From: Macrostomum lignano
Lineage: Eukaryota
DNA: 64,000 bases
Direction of reading: 5' to 3'
Assembly: GCA_002269645.1 (NCBI GenBank)
Contig: NIVC01003789.1
Coordinates: 1 to 64,000 of the forward strand
Shown: positions 24,515 to 36,848 of the stretch, one piece after another
Position numbering within the stretch: position 1 is the first letter of the stretch
How the letters are laid out: the number at the start of each line of letters is the position of its first letter
Made by a program: the position numbers and the translations under genes
Notes under the pieces: generated by a model
What the model was told of the DNA's origin: nothing
The model's database searches: none
Seen by the model: the letters and a program-made list of their open reading frames with translations, nothing else

Positions 24515-27104
24515 ATGAAGTCCACTTGGAGCTACTTCAAGGGTCGAATCCGACGAAAGGGAGCAGCAGCTGTGGCGACCGCGCCAAAGTCTGCTGCCAG
24601 CGTCAGCGAATGGGATGATGAGGCGCCGGCAGCTTGCGACGGTGGCCAGATTCCCTGCAAGAATCGAAGGGTGAGCAGTTCAGTGCTTCTGGGTAATTAA
24701 AGCAATTGACGGTCCCTGATACCTTGGGCCTTCAGTTGGTGCCTCCCTCAATCCTTCAGTTGGTGCCTCCCTCAATCCTTCAGTTGGTGCCTCCCTCAAT
24801 CCTTCAGTTGGTGCCTCCCTCAATCCTTCAGTTGGTGCCTCCCTCAATCCTTCAGTTGGTGCCTCCCTCAATCCTTCAGTTGGTGCCTCCCTCAATCCTT
24901 CAGTTGGTGCCTCCCTCAATCCTTCAGTTGGTGCCTCCCTCAATCCTTCAGTTGGTGCCTCCCTCAATCCTTCAGTTGGTGCCTCCCTCAATCCTTCAGT
25001 TGGTGCCTCCATCAATCCTTCAGTTGGTGCCTCCCTCAATCCTTCAGTTGGTGCCTCCCTCAATCCTTCAGTTGGCGCCACAATGCCCCTCCCTCAATCC
25101 TTCAGTTGGTGCCACAATGCCCCTCCCTCAATCCTTCAGTTGGCGCCACAATGCCCCTCCCTCAATCCTTCAGTTGGCGCCACAATGCCCCTCCCTCAAT
25201 CCCAGTTGGCGCCACAATGCCCCTCAATCCTTCAGTTGGTGCCACAATGCCCCTCCCCCAATCTTTCAGTTGGTGCCGCAATGCCCCTCCCTCAATCCTT
25301 CAGTTGGTGCCACAATGCCCCTCCCTCAATCCTTCAGTTGGCGCCACAATGCCCCTCCCTCAATCCTTCAGTTGGCGCCACAATGCCCCTCCCTCAATCC
25401 CAGTTGGCGCCACAATGCCCCTCAATCCTTCAGTTGGTGCCACAATGCCCCTCCCCCAATCTTTCAGTTGGTGCCGCAATGCCCCTCCCTCAATCCTTCA
25501 GTTGGTGCCACAATGCCCCTCCCTCAATCCTTCAGTTGGCGCCACAATGCCCCTCCCTCAATCCTTCAGTTGGTGCCACAATGCCCCTCCCTCAATCCTT
25601 CAGTTGGCGCCACAATGCCCCTCCCTCAATCCTTCAGTTGGTGCCGCAATGCCCCTCCCTCAATCCTTCAGTTGGTGCCGCAATGCCCCTCCCCCAATCT
25701 TTCAGTTGGTGCCGCAATGCCCCTCCCTCAATCCTTCAGTTGGTGCCACAATGCCCCTCCCTCAATCCTTCAGTTGGTGCCGCAATGCCCCTCCCTCAAT
25801 CCTTCAGTTGGCGCCACAATGCCCCTCCCTCAATCCTTCAGTTGGTGCCACAATGCCCCTCCCTCAATCCTTCAGTTGGCGCCACAATGCCCCTCCCTCA
25901 ATCCTTCAGTTGGTGCTACAAAGTCCCTCCTCCAATCCTTTAGTTTATCGCCACTGTCTAAAGTCGCAGATTTTTGACAAAATAATGCAAGCTACACCTT
26001 TGCTTATTCCTAAACTCAGGTGACTGACGGCTCGCTACTCACCTGTCTGGGCTCGGACGCGTCCGCCTTGGCTGACAAGGTAAGCTTCCTAGTTTCGAGA
26101 TTAGGATACTGCGTCTAGTACAAATGGTTACTACATGTATCTTTGTTAGAAACCGCTGCATTGAATAATGTAAATTTTGTTTGCTGCGGTGCGAATGCTG
26201 CTTTGTTTCCCAGAAAGGGTATCACCTTTCAGCTTGGTTCGGGTAAGATCTTTCCGCTAGAAGAGAAGAGAGTTATGTAAATCGGTATAATTAGATTCAT
26301 CCAAGTATTTCCCGAGTTTTCTAAGTTTTATCGATCAGAGAGTGGAGAGAGATCCTGATGGATAGATGAGAGAGTGGAGAGAGATCCTGATGGATAGATG
26401 AGAGAGTGGAGAGAGATCCTGATGGATAGATGAGAGAGTGGAGAGAGATCCTGATGGATAGATGAGAGAGTGGAGTGAGATCCTGATAGATAGATGAGAG
26501 AATGTAGTGAGATCCTGATAGATAGATGGAAGAGTGGAGTGAGATCCTGATAGATGGATGAGAGAGTGAAGTGAGATCCTGATAAATGTTTGAGAGAGTG
26601 GAGTGAGATCCTGATAAATGGTTGAGAGAGTGGATTGAGATCCTGATAGATAGATGGGTGAGTGGAATGAGACGCAGACAGTCAGCCACCCCTCTTGCTG
26701 AATCGCAGACTCGCTTATCTCGAACGCGCGCCTGGCGCTACCTGGAATGGCGCTGGTGGCTCTCCGGCTGCCAACCCGCTGCCAGCGCTGCCGCTGCCAC
26801 CGAAGCCGACAGCCTCCTGCCGTCCCCATCCGTCCCCGCCGATCCGTCGGCCCGTCCGCTGCTGCAGCCACACCTGAGGCGGTCCATCAGCATCTGCTGC
26901 TTTGATGACGATTTCCCGGACAGTTTGGACAGCATCCGGCCACGGCGAAACAGCCTGTCCGAGCTGGACGAGAATGTGGGCAGCGACCTGCCAGTTAAAG
27001 CCTGGCATATTCCGGTGGACGCTGAGACGGTTCAAGCTGACAAGGAGGGGGCTCTGCAGAGCCCGGCAGCCGCGGACTTGATCAGCTTCGATAATCTGCC
27101 TTGA
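24515..27104 (+). CDS. Hypothetical ~203-aa protein; exons 24515-24670, 26020-26079, 26709-27104
   Basis: Three GC-rich islands joined in phase 0 by AGG|gtgagc, ctcag|..AAG|gtaagc and cgcag|; no domain recognised; exon 3 acceptor uncertain (26682 is an alternative). Confidence 0.45.
24731..25915. repeat. Compound minisatellite: 24-bp unit switching to a 34-bp unit at ~25075
   Basis: gcctccctcaatccttcagttggt becomes gccacaatgcccctccctcaatccttcagttggt; long ORFs here are artefacts. Confidence 0.95.
26335..26655. repeat. 32-bp purine-rich minisatellite (agtggagagagatcctgatggatagatgagag)
   Basis: Period of 32 bp, decaying rightwards. Confidence 0.9.
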
Positions 27105-27419
27105 CTTACTAAGCTATTACTAAGTAGTCGATGAGTAGTATATATGGTGTATAAACTTAGCATCATTAATTTCCAAATAAAGTCATTGTTATTGATCATT
27201 TCCATTGTTCACGGCGCAGAAGTATTGACGATTTTTGAGGCTGTTTGTGTTTATCTTCTTTCGGAAGGGGTAGAATTGTTTCCATGTGTTTTTTGTAATT
27301 TTTGACTGATTTGGGATCAATTTTAGTTTTAGTATATAAGATTTACTTTTAAAATATTTGCCTAGAATTTCCTTCTTAAGTGTAAACTATAATGTATATC
27401 TCAGCTAATGTCGCTATAG

Positions 27420-27572
27420 ATCCCATCCTGTCTTACCCCACATACCGGATCCTGTCAATCCCACATACCGGATCCTGTCTATCCCACATACCGGATCCTG
27501 TCTATCCCACATACCGGATCCTGTCTATCCCACATACCGGATCCTGTCCACCCCACATACCGGATCCTGTCT
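27420..27572. repeat. 23-bp minisatellite (atcccacataccggatcctgtct)
   Basis: About 6 tandem copies. Confidence 0.9.
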
Positions 27573-27744
27573 ACCCTACACACCAAAGTCTAGATTATAC
27601 CCTACATTCCCGAGTCTGTATTCTCTACACACCTGAGTCTACCCCACACCCCACACCTGAGTCTACACCACACCTAAGCCCGTGTACTCGCCGGCATTCC
27701 AGGAAGCTCAGAGTCGCCCGTACTCGGTCACCGCCATCGGCCCG

Positions 27745-30700
27745 ATGACGCCTAGCCCGATGCTGACTATCGGTGTCGGCCACGGCAGCGGCAGCAGCGT
27801 CGACAGCAACAGCGGCGGCAGCGGCCGCGCCGGCGTCACCACCGCCAGCTGCAGTCCCGCCAGTTCCCGCGCCACTGCCGCCGCTCCGGCCAACGCCCTG
27901 GCATCCGGGTTCACCTACTCGCCGACGCCTGCGCCGCAGTCCGATACCGAAGAAGCCGCTGTCGACGACGCCGACGGTCTGGCAGCCTGCTGCAGCCCGG
28001 AGGAGATGCTCCGCTGGGCCGTCAGCTGCGGCCATTGCGGTCTCCGCAGGCGGACCCGGATTCTGCCGTGCGGCCATCACTACTGCGACAGGTGCCTGGA
28101 GTCCGGCCTGGCTGTGGACATCCTGTCCGGCGGCGCGGCCTATCGCTGTCGGCGTTGCCCGGACGCCCAGGAGGTGCCCGTCGCTAAACTGCTGTGCAAT
28201 TTTGCTGGTGAGCGCTACCTGGGACTGGCGCCTGGGTCTTCGGCTCCCGATGGGCAGCCAGCCGTGCCCTGCAGCGAGCACCGGCAGCAGGTAAGTTGGG
28301 GGTCAATGATGTCTGGTTGAGCATGGCTTGAGTCCATTCCACTTTGCTTCTCAGTCAATCTCGCCAGTTCCCATGTTTATCTCACCTCTTTTCATGTCAA
28401 TCTCACCTCTTCCCATCTCAATCTCACCTATTCCCATCTCAATCTCACCTATTCCCATGTCAATCTCACCAGTTTCCATATCAATCTCACCTATTACCAT
28501 GTCAATCTCACCTCTTCCCATATTAATCTCGCCAGTTCCCATATCAGTCTTACATCTTCACATCAATCTCACCTCTTTCCATGTCAGTCTCACCTATTCC
28601 CATCTATTCCCATGTCAATCTCACCAGTTTCCATATCAATCTCACCAGTTCCCATGTCAATCTCACCAGTTTCCATATCAATCTCACCAGTTCCCATGTT
28701 AATCTCACCTATTTCCATATCAATCTCACCAGTTTCCATATCAATCTCACCAGTTTCCATATCAATCTCACCAGTTCCCATGTTAATCTCACCTATTCCC
28801 ATATCAATCTCGCCAGTTCCCATATCAATCTCGCCAGTTCCCATGTTAATCTCACCTATTCCCATATCAATCTCGCCAGTTCCCATATCAATCTCGCCAG
28901 TTCCCATGTTAATCTCACCTATTCCCATATCAATCTCGCCAGTTCCCATGTCAATCTCTCCTCTTCCCATGTCAATCTCACGTCTTAGTTATATCAGTCT
29001 CTCCTGCCATGTCAGTCTCGCTATTCTATCTGCCAATCCTTCCGCCAGTCGCTGACATTCTTCTGCGCTCACTGCGCCCGGCCGGTTTGCGACGAGTGCC
29101 TGGCCGGCGAGCACCGCGGCCACCCCATCAAGCAGCTGACGCAGGCGATGCTGCAGCGCGAAGCCGCCCTGCTAGAGACGGCCGGCCACGCTGCCAAGAC
29201 CCGCCTAGACTGGGTACAGCGAGCCCTGGACACCTTGCCAGAGTGGGAGGCCAAGTTGGCCGAGTCTTGCCGACTGGTGGCCGAGCGGATCGAACGCAGC
29301 TATCAGGATTATCAGGTGGGACTCCTGCTGCTGTGCGACTGAGGAATAGGGTATTATCCAGTGAAGAGTGGGATATATCTAGTGAGGAGTGGGATGTATC
29401 TAGTGAGGAGTGGGATGTATCTAGTGAGGAGTGGGATGTATCTAGTGAGGAGTGGGATATATCTAGTGAGGAGTGGGATGTATCTAGTGAGGAGTGGGAT
29501 GTATCTAGTGAGGACTGGGTTGTATCTAGTGAGGAGTGGGATGTATCTAGTGAGGAGTGGGATGTATCTAGTGAGGAGTGGGATATATCTAGTGAGGAGT
29601 GGGATGTATCTAGTGAGGAGTGGGATGTATCTAGTGAGGAGTGGGATGTATCTAGTGAGGAGTGGGTTGTATCTAGTGAGGAGTGGGATGTATCTAGTGA
29701 GGAGTGGGATGTATCTAGTGAGGAATGGGATATATCTAGTGAGGAGTGGGATGTATGTATTTAGTGAGGAGTGGGATATATCTAGTGAGGAGTGGGATGT
29801 ATCTAGTGAGGAGTGGGATGTATCTAGTGAGGAGTGGGATGTATCTAGTGAGGAGTGGGTTGTATCTAGTGAGGAGTGGGATGTATCTAGTGAGGAGTGG
29901 GGATATGTCTATTGAGGATTGGGATGTACCTATCGTGAGTGGGATCCATATAATAGTGAGATGGAATATTTCCGATGAATCCCACAGGCCGCCATCGCAG
30001 ACCGTCGTCAGCAGCTCACCCAGGAGCTCAACAAATGTGCCGCTGACTATGGCGCGGGACTACAGCGCTCCAGGCGCCAACTGCGTCAGGATATGCAGCT
30101 GCTGGCCAGGCACTACACCCTGATGCATGCGCACTGTGGCCCCCATTCCGCCCCGGCCGAGAGGGCGATGCTGCACGCCGCTTTGGAGCCGTCGCTGGAC
30201 GCCGTGCTGCAGCACCGCTACCCGGAGCTGGACCGCGACCCGGCCCAGTGCATCACCTACCTGCCGCCGCCGTCCATTGTGGCTCACGCCCTGGGCCTCA
30301 TGGGCAGCGTTGTTGGACCCGACCAGGTACAGGTGACTAGTGGCACTGTAATCATTCTGCTCAGATTATCTGTTTGAGTAGAGATAATGCGATGCTACCG
30401 TAGGTTTTAGTTAATGGATTGTGGCTATGAGTCAGGATTATCAGCGTTAGTAAGGATTATCAGTGTAGGAATATTATCGGTGTGAGAAGGGAAATTATCA
30501 GTGTGAGAAGGGAGAGTATCAGTGTGAGAAAGCAGACAATCAGTGTGAGAAGAAGATTATATGGTGTGAGAAGGAAGATTATCAGTGTGAGAAAGCAGAC
30601 AATCAGTGTGAGAAGGAAGATTATCAGTGTGAGAAGAAGATTATATGGTGTGAAAGGAAGATTATCAGTGTGAAAGGAAGATTATCAGTGTGAGAAGGAA

Positions 30701-33136
30701 GATTATCAGTGTGAGAAAGCAGACAATCAGTGTGAGAAGGAAGATTATCAGTGTGAGAAGAAGATTATATGGTGTGAAAGAAAGATTATCAGTGTGAGAA
30801 GTGAGATTATCTGTGTGAGGAGGATTTCCTCAGAACATTGCTATTGCTATCCTATAGGATATTGCTATGCTGCCCCAATTTACCTCCCAATTAAGGCCGC
30901 CGCTGCATCCACCGCCTCTGGCCGTCCGGGCAACCCCCTTGGTGCTATCGGCGAAGGTCGCCATCACCAGCACCCGCAGCCGCAGCAGCAGCGCTCGCAG
31001 ACAGCGGCTGTCGTCGAAGACTCTGCGATTCCGGCCGCTGCCGCTGCCTCGGCCTCTCTCACCGGCTGGCCGGTGCAGTCCGGTTGCACAGACAAGGAGA
31101 ATTCGGTTCCGCTTCTACTAGCAGCAGAGGAGCAGCAAAAGCAGCAGCGGCAGAGGCAAAAGAGCCGAGGCGGCAGTGGCGGCGCTGTCTACTGGTCCCA
31201 CGGCGGCGACTGCGGCGGCCCAGCTGCGATGAATGGCGGCGCCGCGGTTGCGGACTTGCCTTCGGCGGTGTCGCCAGGCTCGGTGGAGCAGAGCCTGGTA
31301 GAGCAGCAGCCTCAGCAGCAGCAACAGCAGCAGCTGCTGATTGGCCAAGCTGCTGGCGGTGGCGGAGGCGGCGGCATTATCGATTTGCAGCTGGCCGAGG
31401 CTCTGCTTCGGTCGCACATCGGCGGCGGCACCTCGCCGTCCGCTCCGCTGGTTGCTAGGGCCAGGATTCAGTACCACATGTGAGTGGTTTTTCCTTCCTT
31501 CCCGCCCTCACTCCTTCCCTCCCGCTCTCACCCCTTCATTCCCGCCCTCACTCCTTCCCTCCCGCTCTCACCCCTTCATTCCCGCCCTCACTCCTTCCCT
31601 CCTCACTCCTTCCCTCCCCCCTCCATACATGCGCAACAGTCGGCCAATCTAGCCGACCGATTTGGCGGCCAACCAAGGTAAGTCGCAAAAATGCCCATCT
31701 GAATAAATACCAAGTATAACTAAGTAGCTAACGAGCGATTGTGCCTCAATAAGACAGTCATAGTTACTCCTGCCGTTTACCCAAAGTAGCGTTTATTTTG
31801 CTTTAGGATTTCTTTTACATGTAAGTCGCATCTTTGGCCAAAAACTACGTCGCATTCTTTGTTAAAACTAAGTCGCACGGCCGACTGAATTTTGGAGGTT
31901 GAGCATGTATGCCCCCCTCACTCCTTCCTGCCTTTCCTTCTCTCCCTGCTTCCCCACAAGTGTTTAAGCAAATGCTTTTTTTCCTCTTACCGGCAGGAAA
32001 TTCGGAGAGTTCGGCCTCACTGACGGCCAGTTCACGGAGCCCAGCGGCGTGGCCGTGAACGCCCAGCAGGAGATAATCGTGGCGGACACAAACAATCACC
32101 GGATTCAGGTGTTCAGCGTCACTGGCCAGCTGCGCTTCCACTTTGGCGAGAACGGCCGGCGGGAGGGCCAGTTCACCTATCCTAATAGGGTGGCTGTGCA
32201 CCGAGCCACCGGCAATATTGTGGTCACGGAGCGCTCGCCTACGCATCAGGTTCAGGTGAGCGCTGATTGAACGGCACTGGGGGTAGCAGGGCAGAAACTG
32301 ACGTAATAGCAGGTCAAACACTGAGGGGATAGCAGGGTAGACACTGAGGGGATTGCAGGGTAGACACTGAGGGGATAGCAGGGTAGACACTGAGGGGATA
32401 GCAGGGTAGACACTGAGGGGATAGCAGGGTAGACACTGAGGGGATAGCAGGGTAGACACTGAGGGGATAGCAGGGTAGACACTGAGGGGATAGCAGGGTA
32501 GACACTGATTACGCGCAGCCAGTAACGATAAGCCTGGCCATACCTGACTCCAAACTTGCGCAGGTGTACACCCGCCTCGGCGAATTCATTCGCAAGTTCG
32601 GCTCGGATGTGCTGCAGCATCCGCGCGGCGTGTGCGTCGACCGGGACGGGCGGGTGATCTGCATCGAGTGCAAGATAATGCGCGTGGTGATTTTCGACTC
32701 CAGCGGAGTTGTTCTGAAGACTTTCAAGTGCAGCCGGCTGCAGTTCCCCAACAGCATTGCTGTGGACGGCAACTATAGGATTTACATCAGCGACAACCGA
32801 GCCCACTGCATTCGAGTATTTAATTACCACGGAGTGTACTTGGGCCAGATCGGCATGAGCGGGGTCACCAACTACCCTATCGGTGTGGCGGTCCGGTCCG
32901 ACGGCAACATAGTGGTGGCGGACAATCATAACAACTTCAATGTGACAGTGTTCAACCCGCAGGGCCAGCTAGTGCAGGCTCTGGAGTCGAGGATTAAGCA
33001 CGCCCAGTGCTTCGACATCGACCTGCTTGACGACGGGTCTATTGTGCTGGCTAGTAAGGACTACCGGATCTACATCTACAGATGCAGCAGTCTGCAGCAG
33101 CAACAGCAACAGCAGCCGGCTATTGAGCAGCAGTGA
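27745..33136 (+). CDS. brat: Brat/NCL-1-like TRIM-NHL protein; exons 27745-28290, 29049-29315, 29988-30326, 30896-31479, 31997-32255, 32564-33136
   Basis: RING CGHC..CGHHYCDRC..CRRC; B-box CSEH|..FCAHCARPVCDECLAGEHRGH; coiled coil; NHL HM|KFGEFG..GQFTEPSGVAVN..VADTNNHRIQVF..YPNRVAV..TERSPTHQVQ|VY..LQHPRGV..ISDNRAHC..TNYPIGV..ALESRIKHAQCFD..LASKDYRIYIY. All junctions are GT-AG and in frame; an upstream exon is possible. Confidence 0.9.
28340..28985. repeat. 21-bp minisatellite in brat intron 1 (cccatatcaatctcaccagtt)
   Basis: 7-codon periodicity in all frames. Confidence 0.9.
29345..29935. repeat. 21-bp minisatellite in brat intron 2 (tctagtgaggagtgggatgta)
   Basis: About 27 copies. Confidence 0.95.
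30430..30815. repeat. ~21-bp minisatellite in brat intron 3 (gattatcagtgtgagaaggaa)
   Basis: Tandem variants. Confidence 0.9.
31498..31605. repeat. 40-bp C/T-rich repeat in brat intron 4
   Basis: cccgccctcactccttccctcccgctctcaccccttcatt, ~2.5 copies. Confidence 0.8.
32318..32507. repeat. 23-bp minisatellite in brat intron 5 (acactgaggggatagcagggtag)
   Basis: About 8 copies. Confidence 0.95.
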
Positions 33137-34996
33137 GTCGGTTAAGCATTCTCTGTTGTGCGCCGTCTCTCCCCACAGACCAGGTTTTTGTTCTTTGCGG
33201 TTGTTGTGCTGTTTTAAACTTTCCCATCTCTCTAATTTTGCACACGTTTTGTCATCGCTTGGGCACTTGTTGTTGTTTGTGTTTTTGCTGTTTTTTTTGT
33301 TTTTGATCCCCATTTTATCCAGGACTCATCACAGACTGAAATAACTAGATTGGCCACTTGCTTAGTAAAACAGCTCTTCTACTTTCAGTGGCAAAGAGGA
33401 ATGCATAAAGCTTCCAACAAAAGGCAGTTGAAATGACTTATAAGACAAGAAGCCAAGCTTTCAGACGTAAACAGCTTGTTATTGATTTAGCGGTAATGTA
33501 CATTAGCCCGCGCCGCTTGAATGTACATGCCAGATTTAGACGGGGCACACAGGGGAAGGCAATAAAAATCGGGCGGCGTGGCTGGGGTAGAGGTTATATG
33601 CGGAAAGTCCCGGCGGGAGGGCTTCAGCTAACGGGGTGAGAGGCAATCAGTTTCGGTTGACTCTTTCGGCACGCGCTAATTGATAAAAGATAAGAAGAAC
33701 TAACCCAGTGCATGGGTGTTCACAATTGAACCAATTAAACTTGGATAAATAAATATAAACGACGAATGAGACTTGCAACAAGAGGAGATAATGTACTTTT
33801 GTGAATGGGCAAATCTTTGATATGGTTGATTTTGATCTTGCGTCAGTGTGCAGTTTTGTTCAATTATTCATTGGTTTTGTCTTAGAATAAATGAAAACGT
33901 GCCTGTTTCACTTTCTACTGAACTGAAAGAGTAGCTGACTGACACGCAAATTTGCTGAGCGGCCTATCTAGCTATTTTAGTACCTGTGTGGTGCTGACTG
34001 CTGACCGAGAAGATTTCAGCTGGAATGTGAGCATTGTCTGTTTTTTGGGCAGAGTCGGGTTGCAGTTTGTTATAATGCGCGTTATTTTGTTACTGTTTGT
34101 GCGGCATTCTGCCGGTCACATTGTGCTGCCTTTATACGATTTCTATATATCTACCTATATCTATCTATATTGGTTTTTATTCATATTTTTGTTAATTACA
34201 TAATCAATATAAGCCTCTGATTTTGTTGAAAAGCGTGCAATGTTATCCTGTTTTGTTCTCCTAGCCTTTGAGTTGCATATTTTTTAACATCCCATTGGTT
34301 GATAATTCTCAGTTCCTACACCAAAGCATTTTTTGTTTCGATTTGATGCTCAGCAAAATTGAACTTTTTTGCTGCAAATTGCTTTTAATATTCCCAAATA
34401 TATACATACAGTCTTTTTATTAGTTTTGCGCTAACTCAAACTTTGCGAATAAGTGCTCAATTAACCAATAATCAGGTGCTACTAGATCTTATTTTTATCA
34501 TATTTTCCTTTTCGATTTTGAAGTTTTGTTAAGCTTATTAAACACTAGCTGAAGTTGTTTGGCCTGGAAAGAGCTGTCTTAGAATTACATACTTCCTTAG
34601 TTACTGCACTCTCAATGTTACTAAGAGTAGTCAAAATCGTTAGGAATTCCGCGCTCCCGAAATTCAACCAGAGGCCAATCACTGCCCTAGTGCAGCTCAC
34701 AGCGTTCAAAAATGCTGCTTATTGAATTTTTGCGCTATCCAGCTTTGCAATTTCAAAAGCATTTTTTGCTCGCTTTGCGTTACAAAATTGTTATTTTTCG
34801 CACTGTTTTTGTTATAAAAAATAAATTGATATTTAATCGCACCGCCTTGCTGCTTTTTGTTAACCAACCAGCTGTTTCGGGTTTTAAGCTCGGCTTTTCT
34901 CGCTTTAAACAGTTTGATGCGATGCACAGAGTCTTTTTTAGTAATTTTTATTTGTCCGCATCTCAGCTGGCCAGAATTCTCTTATACTTGGTCTCA

Positions 34997-35365
34997 CCTG
35001 TGACCTGAGATGGACAGTTTATCTTCACCTGTGACCTGAGATGGACAGGCTAGTCTCTCACCCGTGACCTGAGCTGGACAGGCTAGTCTCTCACCTGTGA
35101 CCTGAGCTGGACAGTTTAGTCTCTCACCCATGACCTGAGCTGGACAGGTTGGTCTCACCTATGACCTGAGCTGGACAGGTTAGTCTCTCACCTGTGACCT
35201 GAGCTGGACAGGCTAGTCTCTCACCTGTGACCTGAGCTGGACAGTTTAGTCTCTCACCCGTGACCTGAGCTGGACAGGTTGGTCTCACCTATGACCTGAG
35301 CTGGACAGGTTAGTCTCTCACCTGTGACCTGAGCTAGACAGGTTAGTCTCTTAACTCTCACCTGT
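34997..35365. repeat. ~31-33-bp minisatellite (tgacctgagctggacaggttagtctctcacctg); related copies at 36245-36570
   Basis: Tandem copies plus a second cluster with a similar lead-in sequence (cttatacttggtctc). Confidence 0.9.
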
Positions 35366-36280
35366 GGACAGTTACGCAGGTACATGTAGCTTTGAAGCAG
35401 TGCAAAGACGCCAGACGGAAAACCCGAGCCCGTTGCCCAATAAACTGATTCGCTCCCGAATCAGCAAAGCTTTACAGCAGTTTCACACTGACTTGTGCGA
35501 GTAAATAAACAAGCCAGGGCGCATAGCTAGCGTAGCGAATACTTTTACCGTTCTACACACATAACCTTCGGCGATTATCTTCGACACGATTTTTTGACAT
35601 TTTAAGTTGCTCGTAACTCCCCGACAACCAGTATAAGTACACGTGAGTTAGCATGCAATTATGTTGAAAAAGCTTTATTTAGGATACTTCAGCTACTACA
35701 GTGGGGAGCTTATAATATCTTTAGCGATTGTCGCCAAGAAGTGAGAGCAGCACTCCAGATGCTGGATAGCCGCGCGGTCTCCTTGACTTCACAGCCAAAA
35801 GTGAATGTTTAAAAAACTGCAGCACTTCTTGACCCTCCCCAGTGGTCGGTGTTTGTTTTGAATCTGATCCCCCCTGCCAGTGGGGGCAGCCTGCGGTCCG
35901 GAGTGTTTTTGAAAACAAAAAAGTTTTGCGACCGACACCCTCGCGGATTGGAATGTTGACGCGCTTCGCTGAGGCGAATTATAAACTATCCTGCGGCATG
36001 CGGGCGATGCCAGCGTCTTTCATAGGATAGCCGGACGGAATGAAGATAAGGGGGCTGCTGGCCCGAAGACAGAAGGAGTTGAACAGGATTGCTGTGCCTG
36101 CCGAAAGGGCCATACAATTTTGGCTTCCTTGAATGTTGCGTGGAATTCTGTCTAAGTATCTGGACTTTCGGATACGTATGACCTATCCAGCTGGATCTGT
36201 CACAAAATTTTATTTTCGATACTTATTGGCTGGCTAGAATACTCTTATACTTGGTCTCTCACCTCTGACCTGAGCTGGAC

Positions 36281-36483
36281 CAGGGACTACTCAAACACCG
36301 GGACGGGAAACTAGGAATTTTTTACGAGGCTGGTCTTTTAGCAGCTAAGACGAGGCTGGCTGGCTTATTTTCAAAGAGCGATGCTGTGTTACTTTGTTGT
36401 CTATGGTTATTTTCTACTGCTGCTAAAAGACCAGCCTCGTAAAGAATTCCAAGTTTCCCGTCCCGGTGTTCGAGTAGTCCCTG
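36281..36483. mobile_element. hAT-type MITE (203 bp)
   Basis: ~64-bp TIRs beginning CAGGGACTACTC and ending GAGTAGTCCCTG; 8-bp TSD AGCTGGAC at 36273-36280 and 36484-36491. Confidence 0.9.
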
Positions 36484-36585
36484 AGCTGGACAGGTTGTTC
36501 TCTCACCTGTGACCTGAGCTGGACAGGTTGTTCTCTCACCTGTGACCTGAGCTGGACAGGTTGGTCTTTCACCGGTGATCTAGCA

Positions 36586-36848
36586 CGCCAGCACCAGGGG
36601 CGCCAGCACCAGGGGCGCCAGCACCAGGGGCGCCAGCACCAGGGGCGCCAGCACCAGGGGCGCCAGCACCAGGGGCGCCAGCACCAGGGGCGCCAGCACC
36701 AGGGGCGCCAGCACCAGGGGCGCCAGCACCAGGGGCGCCAGCACCAGGGGCGCCAGCACCAGGGGCGCCAGCACCAGGGGCGCCAGCACCAGGGGCGCCA
36801 GCGACAGGGGCACCAGCACCAGGGGCACCAGCACCAGGGGCGCCAGCA
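36586..36848. repeat. 15-bp GC-rich minisatellite (gccagcaccaggggc)
   Basis: About 17 copies; GAPGA and WCWRP ORFs are repeat translations. Confidence 0.95.

Noticed and set aside
24680-26023. Long ORFs (up to 423 aa) in several frames
   Set aside because: Translations of stop-free minisatellites; the same applies to 40860-41760, 36423-36916, 28328-29055, 29361-29915 and 38033-39840.
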